Source: Wallemia ichthyophaga EXF-994 (lineage: Eukaryota; Fungi; Basidiomycota). From it: a stretch of 32,000 nucleotides of DNA. Where the stretch lies: positions 150,001 through 182,000 of the forward strand of contig NW_008806284.1 of the NCBI RefSeq assembly GCF_000400465.1, read 5' to 3'. The notes beneath the pieces were generated by a model, which saw only the letters and a list, made by a program, of their open reading frames with translations, ran no database searches and had not been told where the DNA came from. A program made the translations under genes and the position numbers. Each line of letters begins with the position of its first letter. The stretch's first letter is position 1. Of the stretch, positions 1 through 9,645 are shown one piece after another.

Positions 1-1135
1 AATAGTGAGTGAAATAATCACAGTTTGATAGCCAACAAAATTTATACATAGACTGCGACTCTAACGCTTACAAGAACAATGGAATTAATGGTAGTGGCGG
101 TGGTATTGGCGCTGCCGGTGATTATAACGCTGGTGGCGATAATCCTGGTGGCAACAATCCTGGCAACGACAACAACGAAAATTCTCCCAACATCGGTGAC
201 GACGACGCCAACGACAACAACAACAGAAACGATACTGCTCCATCGCCAACTACAAAGTACGTCGTCGTTGCACCTTCTCAGGGCGTTCTTCGCTTCGTTC
301 CCTTTGCCATGCAAGCCGATGTCGGTGACAAAATTCAATTTACTTGGATGGCAAACAACCACGGAGTAACCAAATCTTCAATGACTGGTCTCTGTAACGC
401 CACAGAGGATAAGCCATTCAAATCTCCTGTACAGAACGCAACCACTACGTTTGAGATTACTGTCGATACCACCGACCCAATGTTTTACTATTGCCCAGTT
501 GGAAATGTGGGAAAGATTAATCATTATAATTAACACTGACAGTACATATAGCACTGTGCATCTGGTATGTACGGTATGATCAATCCACCAATGGCACCAG
601 CCAACTTGTCAAACGTTGGTAATGCTATGAGTGATTGGGAGAAGGTCAGAGAGTAGCTCTGTGCCACTTCAACACCCTCTAACATCTCACTAGGACTCCA
701 AGAATGCCATTATTATGAAGAACGCCGGTAATTTGATGAAGGATGCCAACATGACCACCGAGCAACTAAACTGGGGAAGCAACTGGATGGACATCGCGAG
801 TGACAAAGATCAGTTGTCTTTGCTTATCGAGAATATTATGTGAGTAGTTGTATAATCAGAATTAACCCTCTGAAAATCGCAGCACCACGCGTCTCGCTAT
901 TGCTTTGAATCCAGGCTGGACACCTGGAGCTGAGATTGATACTGGCAAGTTTAATACACCACCAGATATGAATACGCTTGCAGAGTCCAACACCGACGAC
1001 GATGAGACTGACGATGATCCTACTACTGATTCGAAAGACGGAGGTAGCTCAAATGACTCTGGATGCATCAGAAAGGAAGCCCAGATTACCAGTCTTATTT
1101 TCAGTTTAATTGCGGTTTTCGCATGTGTTCTTTAA
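1..1135 (+). CDS. Secreted, probably GPI-anchored cupredoxin-domain protein, 5'-partial (start lies upstream of the window); introns 5-51, 507-551, 645-693, 840-882
   Basis: Manual splicing gives one frame: a G/N/D-rich low-complexity segment, then KYVVVAPSQGVLRFVPFAMQADVGDKIQFTWMANNHGVTKSS...DTTDPMFYYCPVGNHCASGMYGMINPP (His...Cys-x4-His-x4-Met type-1 copper ligand pattern), an acidic linker, and a C-terminal small-residue site plus hydrophobic tail (SSNDSG...ITSLIFSLIAVFACVL*). Confidence 0.85.
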
Positions 1136-2581
1136 GTTTAATGAATACTCTTTTCAATATTTACATCTACGCGGTCAGGTTTAAATGCCAGGATGGCCTG
1201 AATAACGGTCGTGGATGTTAAATGTCAATAGTACCTGGGTCTTTATGTGCTAAATGAGCTGATCTGGTAAATTTCACATGCAATTGTTATCCTCTTAAGA
1301 TGTGTAGGACTGAACATGTTTCAGATAAGGGCATCAAACTGCAAAGAAGGTGGCTAAGCTGAAGAATACAAATTGCTGAAAAACCTACAGACAGAAACAC
1401 CCTTGCTTAGCTGTATATGCGCATTTGTACTTCATCCAGCACACATCTCCTTATCGACAAAGCGGTGCGAAGGAAACTACCAAACTTAGAGAACTGAAAA
1501 CCAAATTATAGCACACAGGTAATTAACTCGATATTCGTTTTATTCGCCTTTTCACCACAATCCACCGGGCTTAATACTTTAATGTTAGTCCAATCCCAAA
1601 CTTGATGTATATCCCAAGTAATCCTCATGGAGAAGTTTTCGCTAAAGTGGATTAACAATCTCATTAGCGACAGATACTCGTTAAGAATTGATAGATCTTG
1701 CGGTTCAGGGTATTATCCGCTTGTGCCAAGTTGGCAGAATAACCAAAAGACCCACTTCTCTTTCAGGCGTGGAAGAGTCATGTGTTCGAATCAAGGTGGT
1801 CGTAAATATTGCTGAATCAACTTTCTGATGATAAACTACGCGTCTTCCACCCTGCGTGCATCCGTGATCACCAAAGCAATCGCCGATGTTTGGAACTTCT
1901 ATCTGACGAATGTGTGGTTGGATCTAGTCAGGCGTGATCAACTGACTGAGTGTCTGCTGAAGTTAACAACATCATAAAGGAACACCACCGCAGTGATTGT
2001 CCCCCCCACTTCGACCGCCCATCCTGCCGACAAACACGCACTCGATTATGTCGCTGGCGTCATAAGCGTACAAACAGAAGAGACAAGACGCTTGCGACCA
2101 TCTCTATGCGTTTAAAATCAACAAAAATCGCTAATAACCTCATATTTGACATTCGATATCTGAGTGACATCATGTCGTCCACCCACATTATCGCCGAATC
2201 GCTTATCCTGATGGTCCGGTAAGGAATTCCTGATGTCACATCAGGATGTCCTTTGATTGCAGATAAAGTTGCTCTGACTATCCCACTTTCTTCGCGTCCC
2301 TATGTGGTTCGCAGGAATGCATAACAGCATGCCTGAGATATAGGAATGTTGGTTGTGATACTCCTCTTTAAATGTTACTGCATGAAAAGATTATATCCCA
2401 TCTTCAAGAAGGCCTTTTCTTTTAATGTGGATAAAATAAATAACCGTAACAGCTTTATACGGAGTAAATGAATCTCACACGGATTTCACTGCTTGATGGA
2501 CTATCGAAGACAATCTAAATAGCCTGCCTTGTCCAGGATTCGAACAAAGGTCGTACAGGTCCTCGCCTCAAAACAAAAGGC

Positions 2582-2587
2582 AAAAAA
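2582..2587 (-). terminator. RNA polymerase III oligo-T terminator of the tRNA-Glu gene
   Basis: TTTTTT begins 3 nt after the discriminator base on the minus strand. Confidence 0.8.
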
Positions 2588-2589
2588 TG

Positions 2590-2671
2590 TTCGCGTACCG
2601 GGAATCGAACCCGGCTCTTCGGTGGTCTTTCAAGTGAAAAACCGATATGATAACCACTACACCATACACGA
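2590..2671 (-). tRNA. tRNA-Glu(TTC) with a 10-nt intron (2625-2634)
   Basis: Minus strand reads TCGTGTA TGGTGTAGTGGTTATCATA TCGGT TT TTC A [CTTGAAAGAC] C ACCGA AGAGC CGGGTTCGATTCCCGG TACGCGA A. Acceptor stem TCGTGTA/TACGCGA, anticodon stem TCGGT/ACCGA, A-box and B-box present; 72 nt after intron removal. Confidence 0.93.
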
Positions 2672-3620
2672 CTGATACTTTTGCTTCACCAAAAAAATAC
2701 TTAACTTCAAGATTGACAGAAATCAAAGCGTACTTATTGCAAATTTTCATGGCTTGTTAGTCTTTATTAGTATAAGCGAAACAGCACAAGAATGCCTTTA
2801 ATTTCCGGCAAGACTGACTCATCGATTGTTTCTCAAAGCCTAAATAATCATTCGAGTAGCAATAGTAAACTGGCCACTTTGTGCGTTTGTAGGGGATTGA
2901 GGATGGTCCCGATCTGCGCGAACACATCCAACTATGATCCAGTCGAAACCAACACTGCCCTATCATTCGTAGCTCACAACTTGAGACGAAAGAATTAATC
3001 AACATGGTGGGTGCGTAGGAATGACGTGGTGGACTACCTAAGAAGTCGTGCATATTGTCGGTGTTAAGTGACTTGGACCTGTTTTGATATCAGCAGACCG
3101 AGCCGAGAAGCATTGTATTGCCGGTGCTAGTGTTTGGCAGGAATACTCAGCGGAAGAAGGTGAAAGGTGCCGATACGCAAATAGTGCACGCCAGTATCGG
3201 CAAAGGTGGTATTCGAATTGTTAGCCGTGAGTGTGCTGCTGAATAGTTCCTGAGAGATAGGGCGATGAACGTGTATGGTGAGGGTGCAGGTGACAAGGGT
3301 GATGAGACGATAGGGTGGTAAAGTGTAAATGCAGCTATTCACATGCATTGAACGAACTTGCAATGGATATTCTTTCACCAAAAATAGAGCAGTGTTAATC
3401 AGTTACCACCGGCTACGTATCGTAAGCAGTTACTGCTGATCGAGTAGTGAGACATTCCGATAAACAAAGCACAGGAATCAAATTGATTGAATCGGAAAAT
3501 ATATCGGAGTCGGCATCATGCACTGTGAATGTATCGAGATATCGAAATATCCAGGTACACAGTCGTGTGGATGCGGACAGGGATTTTAGAGAGGTTGTGC
3601 ACTGTTCGCTGGAGTGCTAT

Positions 3621-3650
3621 AATGCTCCAATGCTCCAATGCTCCAATGCT
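3621..3650. repeat. 8-bp tandem repeat (AATGCTCC)x3.75 containing three CCAAT motifs
   Basis: aatgctcc aatgctcc aatgctcc aatgct read directly from the sequence. Confidence 0.85.
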
Positions 3651-4191
3651 AAAAATGATAGCCAGCGTAATCACCACTCTGTGCGGATTGGAGGATGCAA
3701 TATTGAGTGCTAGCGTCAGCTGCTGAGCTTAAGCAAGCCTGAACAACCCGCCAAGTGATAAAGGGCTATTTTTAGTTTATTTTACAAGATGATTCATTGG
3801 GGTTTGAATATGTTTAAGAGGGTGGAGGGGTGCATGGGCCTCTAAATGGGCCTCTGCGAATGAAATGTCGAATAATTATTGTGCCAGTGAGATATATTCA
3901 CGCGTTAGCGCGTTTACGTATTCGCGTTTCAACTCGCGCTCGTTCCGTTCTTGAAAAATCTTCAAACAGGGCGAGGAGGGGAGTGAATTGGAGTGATATA
4001 CGAGATATTCACAGAAAACGCACAAAGCCAGCTTATTTTTGGCATTTTTTTCCTTTATTTTAGGTTCCCGCAGCAGAAAACGTAAATGGGGACTGGCGGA
4101 CGTTCTTCTCTCTTTAACACGAACTACGAGGAAGTGAGTTTTGCGTGTTTCTACCGTGAGAGCAGAACTGACGCGTAATAGAAGTAGAAAA

Positions 4192-5741
4192 ATGTCTTTG
4201 AACACATCAAACACGTCGTCGATCAAGCGCCAACCATCTGCAACCGACTTCAAGTCAGCTACTACAAATGTATCTTCACGCTCCATGAAGCAGGAATTAG
4301 ATAATCTTGTTCAAGTGAGTGGGTTAGGGAGCGTACAAAGCATTCTAACGCGCCCCTTCAGTCAGTTGAAGACCCAACAAAGAAAAAGCAATTCAAGGCT
4401 GAAATGGATGGCTTCTACAACCTTTTTAACCGCTTCCTCGATGAGAAGGCTAGAGGTGAGAAGATCCAATGGGACAAAATCAGACCACCAGCAGCAGAGC
4501 AAGTAAGACCATACTCAGACCTTCCAAAAGCCAGCGACCACTCAATTCTCGATAAATTGGCTGTGTTGAAGCTTAACGGTGGCTTGGGTACTACCATGGG
4601 TTGCGTCGGGCCAAAATCCATCATCGAAGTGAGAGACGGTATGACTTTCTTGGATTTGTCAGTGAGACAAATCGAGCATCTCAACTCAGCTTACAACGTC
4701 AACGTCCCATTCATCTTGATGAATTCGTTCAACACTCACGAAGACACCAAGCGTCTTATCCAAAAGTATGAAGACCACAACATCCAGATTCTCACTTTCA
4801 ACCAATCATGCTACCCAAGATTCGGCAGAGAGAGTCTTCTCCCAACTGCCAGAGATTTGGACTCACCAAAGGACAACTGGTACCCACCAGGACACGGAGA
4901 TATCTTTGAGGCACTCTACAACTCCGGTTTGCTCGATGAGCTTATCAACGCAGGCAAGGAGTATATATTCGTATCAAACGTAGACAATTTGGGTGCTGTT
5001 GTCGATCTCAACATCTACCAACACATGATCGACTCACAAGCCGAGTACTTTATGGAGGTTACTGACAAGACCAAGGCGGATGTGAAAGGTGGTACCATCA
5101 TCGATTACGAAGGACAAGCGCGTCTGTTGGAGGTTGCGCAAGTGCCAAAGGAGCACGTCGAGGAGTTCAAGAGTATCAGCAAGTTCAAGATATTCAACAC
5201 GAACAACTTGTGGATGAACCTGAAGGCAATCAAGAGAGTTGTAGAGAACAACCAGTTGAGCTTGGAGGTGATTATTAACAACAAGGCACTCGATAATGGT
5301 ACACCGGTTATTCAGCTGGAAACAGCTGTCGGAGCAGCTATTAAGCACTTCAAGGGCGCAGCTGGTATCAACGTACCTAGATCAAGATTCTTGCCTGTCA
5401 AGTCTTGCTCTGACTTGCTCCTCATCACATCAGACCTCTTCAGCTTGGAGCATGGTGTGCTGAAGCGCAACCCTAAGAGAGTGTTCGATACCACACCAGT
5501 TATCAAGCTCGGAGATACTTTCAAGAAGGTGGCTAACTTCCAGGGTAGATTTAAGTCTATCCCGAATGTGTTGGAGCTCGACCACTTGACTGTGTCTGGA
5601 GATGTTGTCTTTGGAAAGAATGTGGTGCTCAAGGGCTCGGTTATTATCGTTGCAAATGAGGGCAACAGGATTATCCTCCCAGACAACTCAGTGATTGAGA
5701 ACAAGCTGGTGACTGGTAACCTTGCCATTATCGACCACTAG
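4192..5741 (+). CDS. UGP1: UTP--glucose-1-phosphate uridylyltransferase, about 500 aa; intron 4315-4361
   Basis: Motifs [34 protein letters not shown] and RFLPVK. Exon 1 ([22 protein letters not shown]...) joins in frame through a GTGAGT...CTAAC...CAG intron. Confidence 0.97.
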
Positions 5742-5850
5742 AGAGGTTATTTATAAGACACAATATTCCCAGTACATCCTAATTGATTTTTACATTTCAG
5801 ACTGCTTTGGTAGGTGTGGATGATTGCATATTGCATTAAAATAATTGCCT

Positions 5851-7347
5851 TTAAAACTCGTACAATTCTGGTTTATCTGACTGGAATGCGACTCTCCTGG
5901 GGCCTTTAGAGGGGGCTTTAGAGGGAGGAAAGGTGACTTTGGGAGTGTTCTGTGTGTTCTGTGTGTTGTGTGTATTCTGTGTGTGTGCTTGAGCACCGCC
6001 CTCTATTTGCACACTACCGTCATCATGAGTGCACTCACTGCTATGAATATGTTCCAAGTGCTCGTGCTCATGCAGCTGCTCCTGCTGCTCCTCCATCTCC
6101 TGCTCATTAGCCCGTTTAACTCTCTCACTAGTATCCTGCACACCAGCAGCGGATTTGCTTGGAGTGGTACGTCTCTCGCCGACGCCACCCTCAACATCGA
6201 GATGAAGAGTCTCAATGACAAGGCGCCTTCTACGCAACTTAAAAGCTAGGTTATTATCACCGGCCACGAGTCCACCCCGCAAAACGCTATGGCGGTCACT
6301 AGGTGCCGTCAGAGCGTGCACAGCAGGGCGGGCGAGGCAATGAAGGAGACCATGACTAGGTGCGAAAGCGCGTGCGCGATGTGGCGCATCGCTGAAACTC
6401 TCCAAAGCTACACAGCCATCTACGACATGCAGCAGCTGAGGTAACACCCCACCCACCCCCTGCAAAGTCTGCATGTGCGCGGACGTGTAGATGGTCGTGT
6501 AGGGCGTCGTGCGTGCGAGGTGGCGCAGCTTGTAGAAGAACCGATACAGCACTCCGTCGCCGTCGCTGTCACCGTACCACAGACTGCCGACGTTGCGCAC
6601 TACGATGCGCAACATGTTGGGCGCGTGTGTGTGTCCGTTTGCGTCTGCTTGCGCTTGCGTACCTGCATGGCGCTTGCAGGCTGCTTCTATGCGTGCGAGG
6701 ATGGCTGTGTAAGAACTCGCCTCGCCCTCACTCCCACTCCCACCAACATCATCGTCCACATCCACTCCCACCTCCTCCAGCAACCCGCGCTCGCGTGCGT
6801 GGGCGAGAGTGTGTGCGGGGATTGTCTGTGTGAGGTCGAAAGTACTGAGGAACGAGCTTTCGTCGCTGCCGTTACTATTGCTAGGCGTGTTGATTGAAGT
6901 TTCGAAGCGCTTCATGTGCGTGTATCGCCAAGCGATGGTGCTGTCTCCGCGGCCTTGGGTGTGCTTGGGAGTGTGAGTGTCCTCCTTATCCGAATCATTT
7001 TCCTGCTCTTGCTGCTGCTCCTTGCCGCCCTGCTCACTCAGCGGCAACCACATGGCACTGTTCGCAGCGAGCCCGACGGAGAGGACGGCGTGTTGGGCTG
7101 CGATGCCCTGTGCTAGATAGTACCGAAGTAGAATATCGGCGTATGCGGCGTGTGGGTCCGTTTCCACAACCAGCGTGAGCGAGTGGTCACTCAGCCCTAA
7201 TCCACCTCGCCCGCCTGCGCTGCCTGTGTACACATCGTCTAGGGCCGCACTCCCACTGCTTACGTGCGCCAATCCGCTCGCTGGCGATACCTTCGTTCCC
7301 CTTATGCGCCTCGCGTGCTTCTCGTCTCGCCGTTTGAAAGAGGACAT
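5851..7347 (-). CDS. ELP4: Elongator complex subunit 4 (PAXNEB family), about 498 aa, intronless
   Basis: MSSFKRR start, SSGSAALDDV...GGLG, LLRYYLAQG, IAWRY, FDLT, DGCVALESF, GLLH, NNLAFKLRRRRLVIETLHL. These match the Elp4 RecA-like fold motifs. Confidence 0.9.
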   Translation of the reverse strand: MSSFKRRDEKHARRIRGTKVSPASGLAHVSSGSAALDDVYTGSAGGRGGLGLSDHSLTLVVETDPHAAYADILLRYYLAQGIAAQHAVLSVGLAANSAMWLPLSEQGGKEQQQEQENDSDKEDTHTPKHTQGRGDSTIAWRYTHMKRFETSINTPSNSNGSDESSFLSTFDLTQTIPAHTLAHARERGLLEEVGVDVDDDVGGSGSEGEASSYTAILARIEAACKRHAGTQAQADANGHTHAPNMLRIVVRNVGSLWYGDSDGDGVLYRFFYKLRHLARTTPYTTIYTSAHMQTLQGVGGVLPQLLHVVDGCVALESFSDAPHRARAFAPSHGLLHCLARPAVHALTAPSDRHSVLRGGLVAGDNNLAFKLRRRRLVIETLHLDVEGGVGERRTTPSKSAAGVQDTSERVKRANEQEMEEQQEQLHEHEHLEHIHSSECTHDDGSVQIEGGAQAHTQNTHNTQNTQNTPKVTFPPSKAPSKGPRRVAFQSDKPELYEF

Positions 7348-7458
7348 GGTGGTGCGGAGAGAAGACATGCACACGATTACCCAAGAGAAAGACAAAGAGA
7401 ATAAGAATAGAATATGAATAAGAAATGAATATATCTACTGCAACTGCACTGCAACTGC

Positions 7459-8562
7459 TTAAACACCCTGCAGAGAAGACGGGTGGGTCATAGCGACACC
7501 GACTTCACAGACATCCTTCAGTCTCCTGCTAACACAGTCCATCTGTCCCTGCAAGACGAGGCTGGGCAGTTTAGTTGGTTCTTGGGGGAGTTTGAAAGCG
7601 CGTGCAATGTCAGCCTCACTGAGAGCACCGAGTCCCTGGCTAGCACGCTGTTGCTGCAGCTTGCTAATTTGACCCTCAACCTTGCTCCTCTCTCTGAGTG
7701 CGTGTCTGTGGGCGAAAGCGAGCTGCGACTGCTCGTCTCTGTACGCATCGACGCTGTCGACCAGGCTGTCTACGTTGCCCTGCAGTGGGGACTCGAGGTT
7801 GATCTCAAGTGTTTTGGAGGGGTTGCGGGCGAGAGTGGTGCGTTTGTCCAAGTGTTGAGCATGAGGAGTGGCCAGGGACTGTACATACGCGCTGGTCAGC
7901 GCCGACGCCTTGATTTCCACGGGAAACTCGATGAGGATTTGGTGGAAAGTGAGCTGGTTCTCGGTAAGACACCTCTCAGTGAACTGGTTATTGCGAAGAG
8001 CGTGAACAAAGTGCTCAGCAAGTCTGTATGCTCTGAGGTTGAGATTGCCGTTGCGAGCGGAAGATTGGTCGTACACCAATACGAAGCCCTTGTTCTTGCC
8101 GAGACCACTGAGGAGTGGCGCGTAGCTGATTAGAGTCTCGCTAATGGTGGCACCATACTCTACAGCCATGTACACAGCGACAGGCTGGTCATCGAGGTCA
8201 GCGTCGTGGAGGTTACGACACATTTTGGCGTTGTATTGGTTGCGCAGAATTTTGGCTTTGCGCTCGTCTTCTTCGGAAGAGCCGAGGAATGGCTGGTAGG
8301 AGGGGAAGGCGTTGGAAATCTCGAGCGTCTGGAGTAAATCGAGGCCGAGACAAATGCCGGTGGAGCTTGTACCGGCTTCAGAGGCATGTTTGGCAATCTT
8401 GGACAGAGCGAGGCTGTCGACGGAGATTTTGTCGACAGGTGCAGAATCGTGGACAGCGTTCTGGAGATGAAGAGGAAGAGATATGCGGTGATCGTTGTCG
8501 TGTTGAGCAGCCAAAGCATTCTGCGAGGCTTCTTTCGCGGCGAGTCTCGAGGCTAACGACAT
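7459..8562 (-). CDS. EIF3H: Eukaryotic translation initiation factor 3 subunit H (inactive MPN domain), 367 aa
   Basis: VDSLALSKIAKH, GICLGLD, LEISNAFP, VLVYDQSSARNGNLNLRAYRL, IFHQILIEFPVEIKAS-type segment, FKLPQEPTKLPSLVLQGQM. Confidence 0.88.
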   Translation of the reverse strand: MSLASRLAAKEASQNALAAQHDNDHRISLPLHLQNAVHDSAPVDKISVDSLALSKIAKHASEAGTSSTGICLGLDLLQTLEISNAFPSYQPFLGSSEEDERKAKILRNQYNAKMCRNLHDADLDDQPVAVYMAVEYGATISETLISYAPLLSGLGKNKGFVLVYDQSSARNGNLNLRAYRLAEHFVHALRNNQFTERCLTENQLTFHQILIEFPVEIKASALTSAYVQSLATPHAQHLDKRTTLARNPSKTLEINLESPLQGNVDSLVDSVDAYRDEQSQLAFAHRHALRERSKVEGQISKLQQQRASQGLGALSEADIARAFKLPQEPTKLPSLVLQGQMDCVSRRLKDVCEVGVAMTHPSSLQGV

Positions 8563-8606
8563 GATGGATGGTTGTGGTTAACGTTCAAGGGGAAAGAGAA
8601 ATAAAA

Positions 8607-9309
8607 ATGGAATTATCAAAGGAGGAATATGACAGTGAGCAGATCAGGTGGGTTGGCTGTGTCTTTATCGGTGGTCTTCTCTGATTGGTCAAGGCTTATG
8701 GAGGAACGGTGCATACTGCTCAACCCAGATGATTCAATTGCTGGGGATGTTTCAAAGAAGGAATGTCATCTCATGTCGAATATAGAGAAAGGAATGCTTC
8801 ATAGGGCTTTCTCAACTTTCTTATTCCGAGAGAGTGATGGCAGGTTACTCATGCAGAAACGTGCCCAAGAGAAGATAACTTTCCCTGGTTTATGGACAAA
8901 CACCTGCTGTAGTCATCCACTCAGCGTTGTTAGCGAGATGGATGGCGTTCTCGGCGGCAAAAGAGCAGCAGTTAGAAAGTTAGATCATGAATTGGGGATT
9001 AACCAGATCAACGTCGATGACCTCGACTTCCTCACTAAAATTCACTACTTGGCGCCTTCAGATGGCCTTTGGGGGGAACATGAGATTGACTACATATACT
9101 TTGTCAAGAAAGATGTCTCTGTGGAGGTGAATGAAAACGAAGTCAGTGATATTAGATGGGTTAGCGTGGATGAGTTGAAGGAGATGCTGTCAGATGGTTA
9201 CTCCCAGTTCACCCCATGGTTTAGGATTATCGTTGAAAATTTTCTATTCAAGTGGTGGGAGAAAGGGGCAGAAGCCAGTCAAGATGGTTTGTTACACCGA
9301 CTCATTTAA
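8607..9309 (+). CDS. IDI1: Isopentenyl-diphosphate delta-isomerase type 1, 218 aa; intron 8648-8693
   Basis: Spliced N-terminus MELSKEEYDSEQIRLMEERCIL; motifs LHRAFS, KITFP, WTNTCCSHP, WGEHEIDY, FTPWF. Confidence 0.96.
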
Positions 9310-9645
9310 GAAGTTTGAAATGTGATTGAGTAGTTTTGAGGAAGTGTTTGTCGTTGTGATGTAATCTTGGTTGTTGTTCTCCGTAGTGTGGTTGGTTGTA
9401 GTGGGGAGATGATCAACCAACACCTTGAATTGGTTAGACTGTTTAATCAAATCGGTTGTGAGTTCGAATATGGCTGAGTGTAGTTCATTCTCATTTAATT
9501 GATTTGGGTTGCTGTGAGTAATATCAAATTCTTGGTTTACTTGTTTAAACTGCGATTTATCTGTAGCGAAATTGATTGTTGAGTAGATGACCATTATAAT
9601 ACTATCCAGTGTGAGCTGCATCTGCGTCAGTCTGTCCATTTCCAT
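9292..9645 (-). CDS. MED21: Mediator subunit 21 (Srb7), 117 aa (alternative ATG at 9639)
   Basis: MDRLTQMQLTLD N-terminus and ELTTDLIKQSNQFKVLVDHLP match the Med21 pattern (DRLTQLQ...ELS.DI..K..Q...L.D.LP). Confidence 0.82.
   Translation of the reverse strand: MEMDRLTQMQLTLDSIIMVIYSTINFATDKSQFKQVNQEFDITHSNPNQLNENELHSAIFELTTDLIKQSNQFKVLVDHLPTTTNHTTENNNQDYITTTNTSSKLLNHISNFLNESV

Noticed and set aside
79-369. Thr-rich ORF resembling a signal peptide plus mucin stalk
   Set aside because: It is an alternative frame of the cupredoxin exon; the true frame continues into the copper-binding motif and splices coherently.
1828-2115. ORF pair MINYASSTL.../NTTAVIVPP... separated by one stop codon
   Set aside because: Joining them needs an atypical 30-nt intron with a weak donor; the product is unrecognisable.
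2590-2671. tRNA-Glu as the dedicated donor for the DUF2156 transferase
   Set aside because: It lies 16 kb away with many unrelated genes in between; eukaryotic tRNA position is not evidence of substrate choice.
2872-3110. In-frame TGA codons in two plausible-looking frames (possible Sec or readthrough)
   Set aside because: No recognisable protein on either side, no SECIS identified, and selenoproteins are not expected in Dikarya.
7483-8133. 216-aa antisense ORF over eIF3h (similar shadows occur over UGP1, ELP4, the DUF2156 gene and ATM1)
   Set aside because: Antisense shadows of well-supported genes with no independent protein signature.
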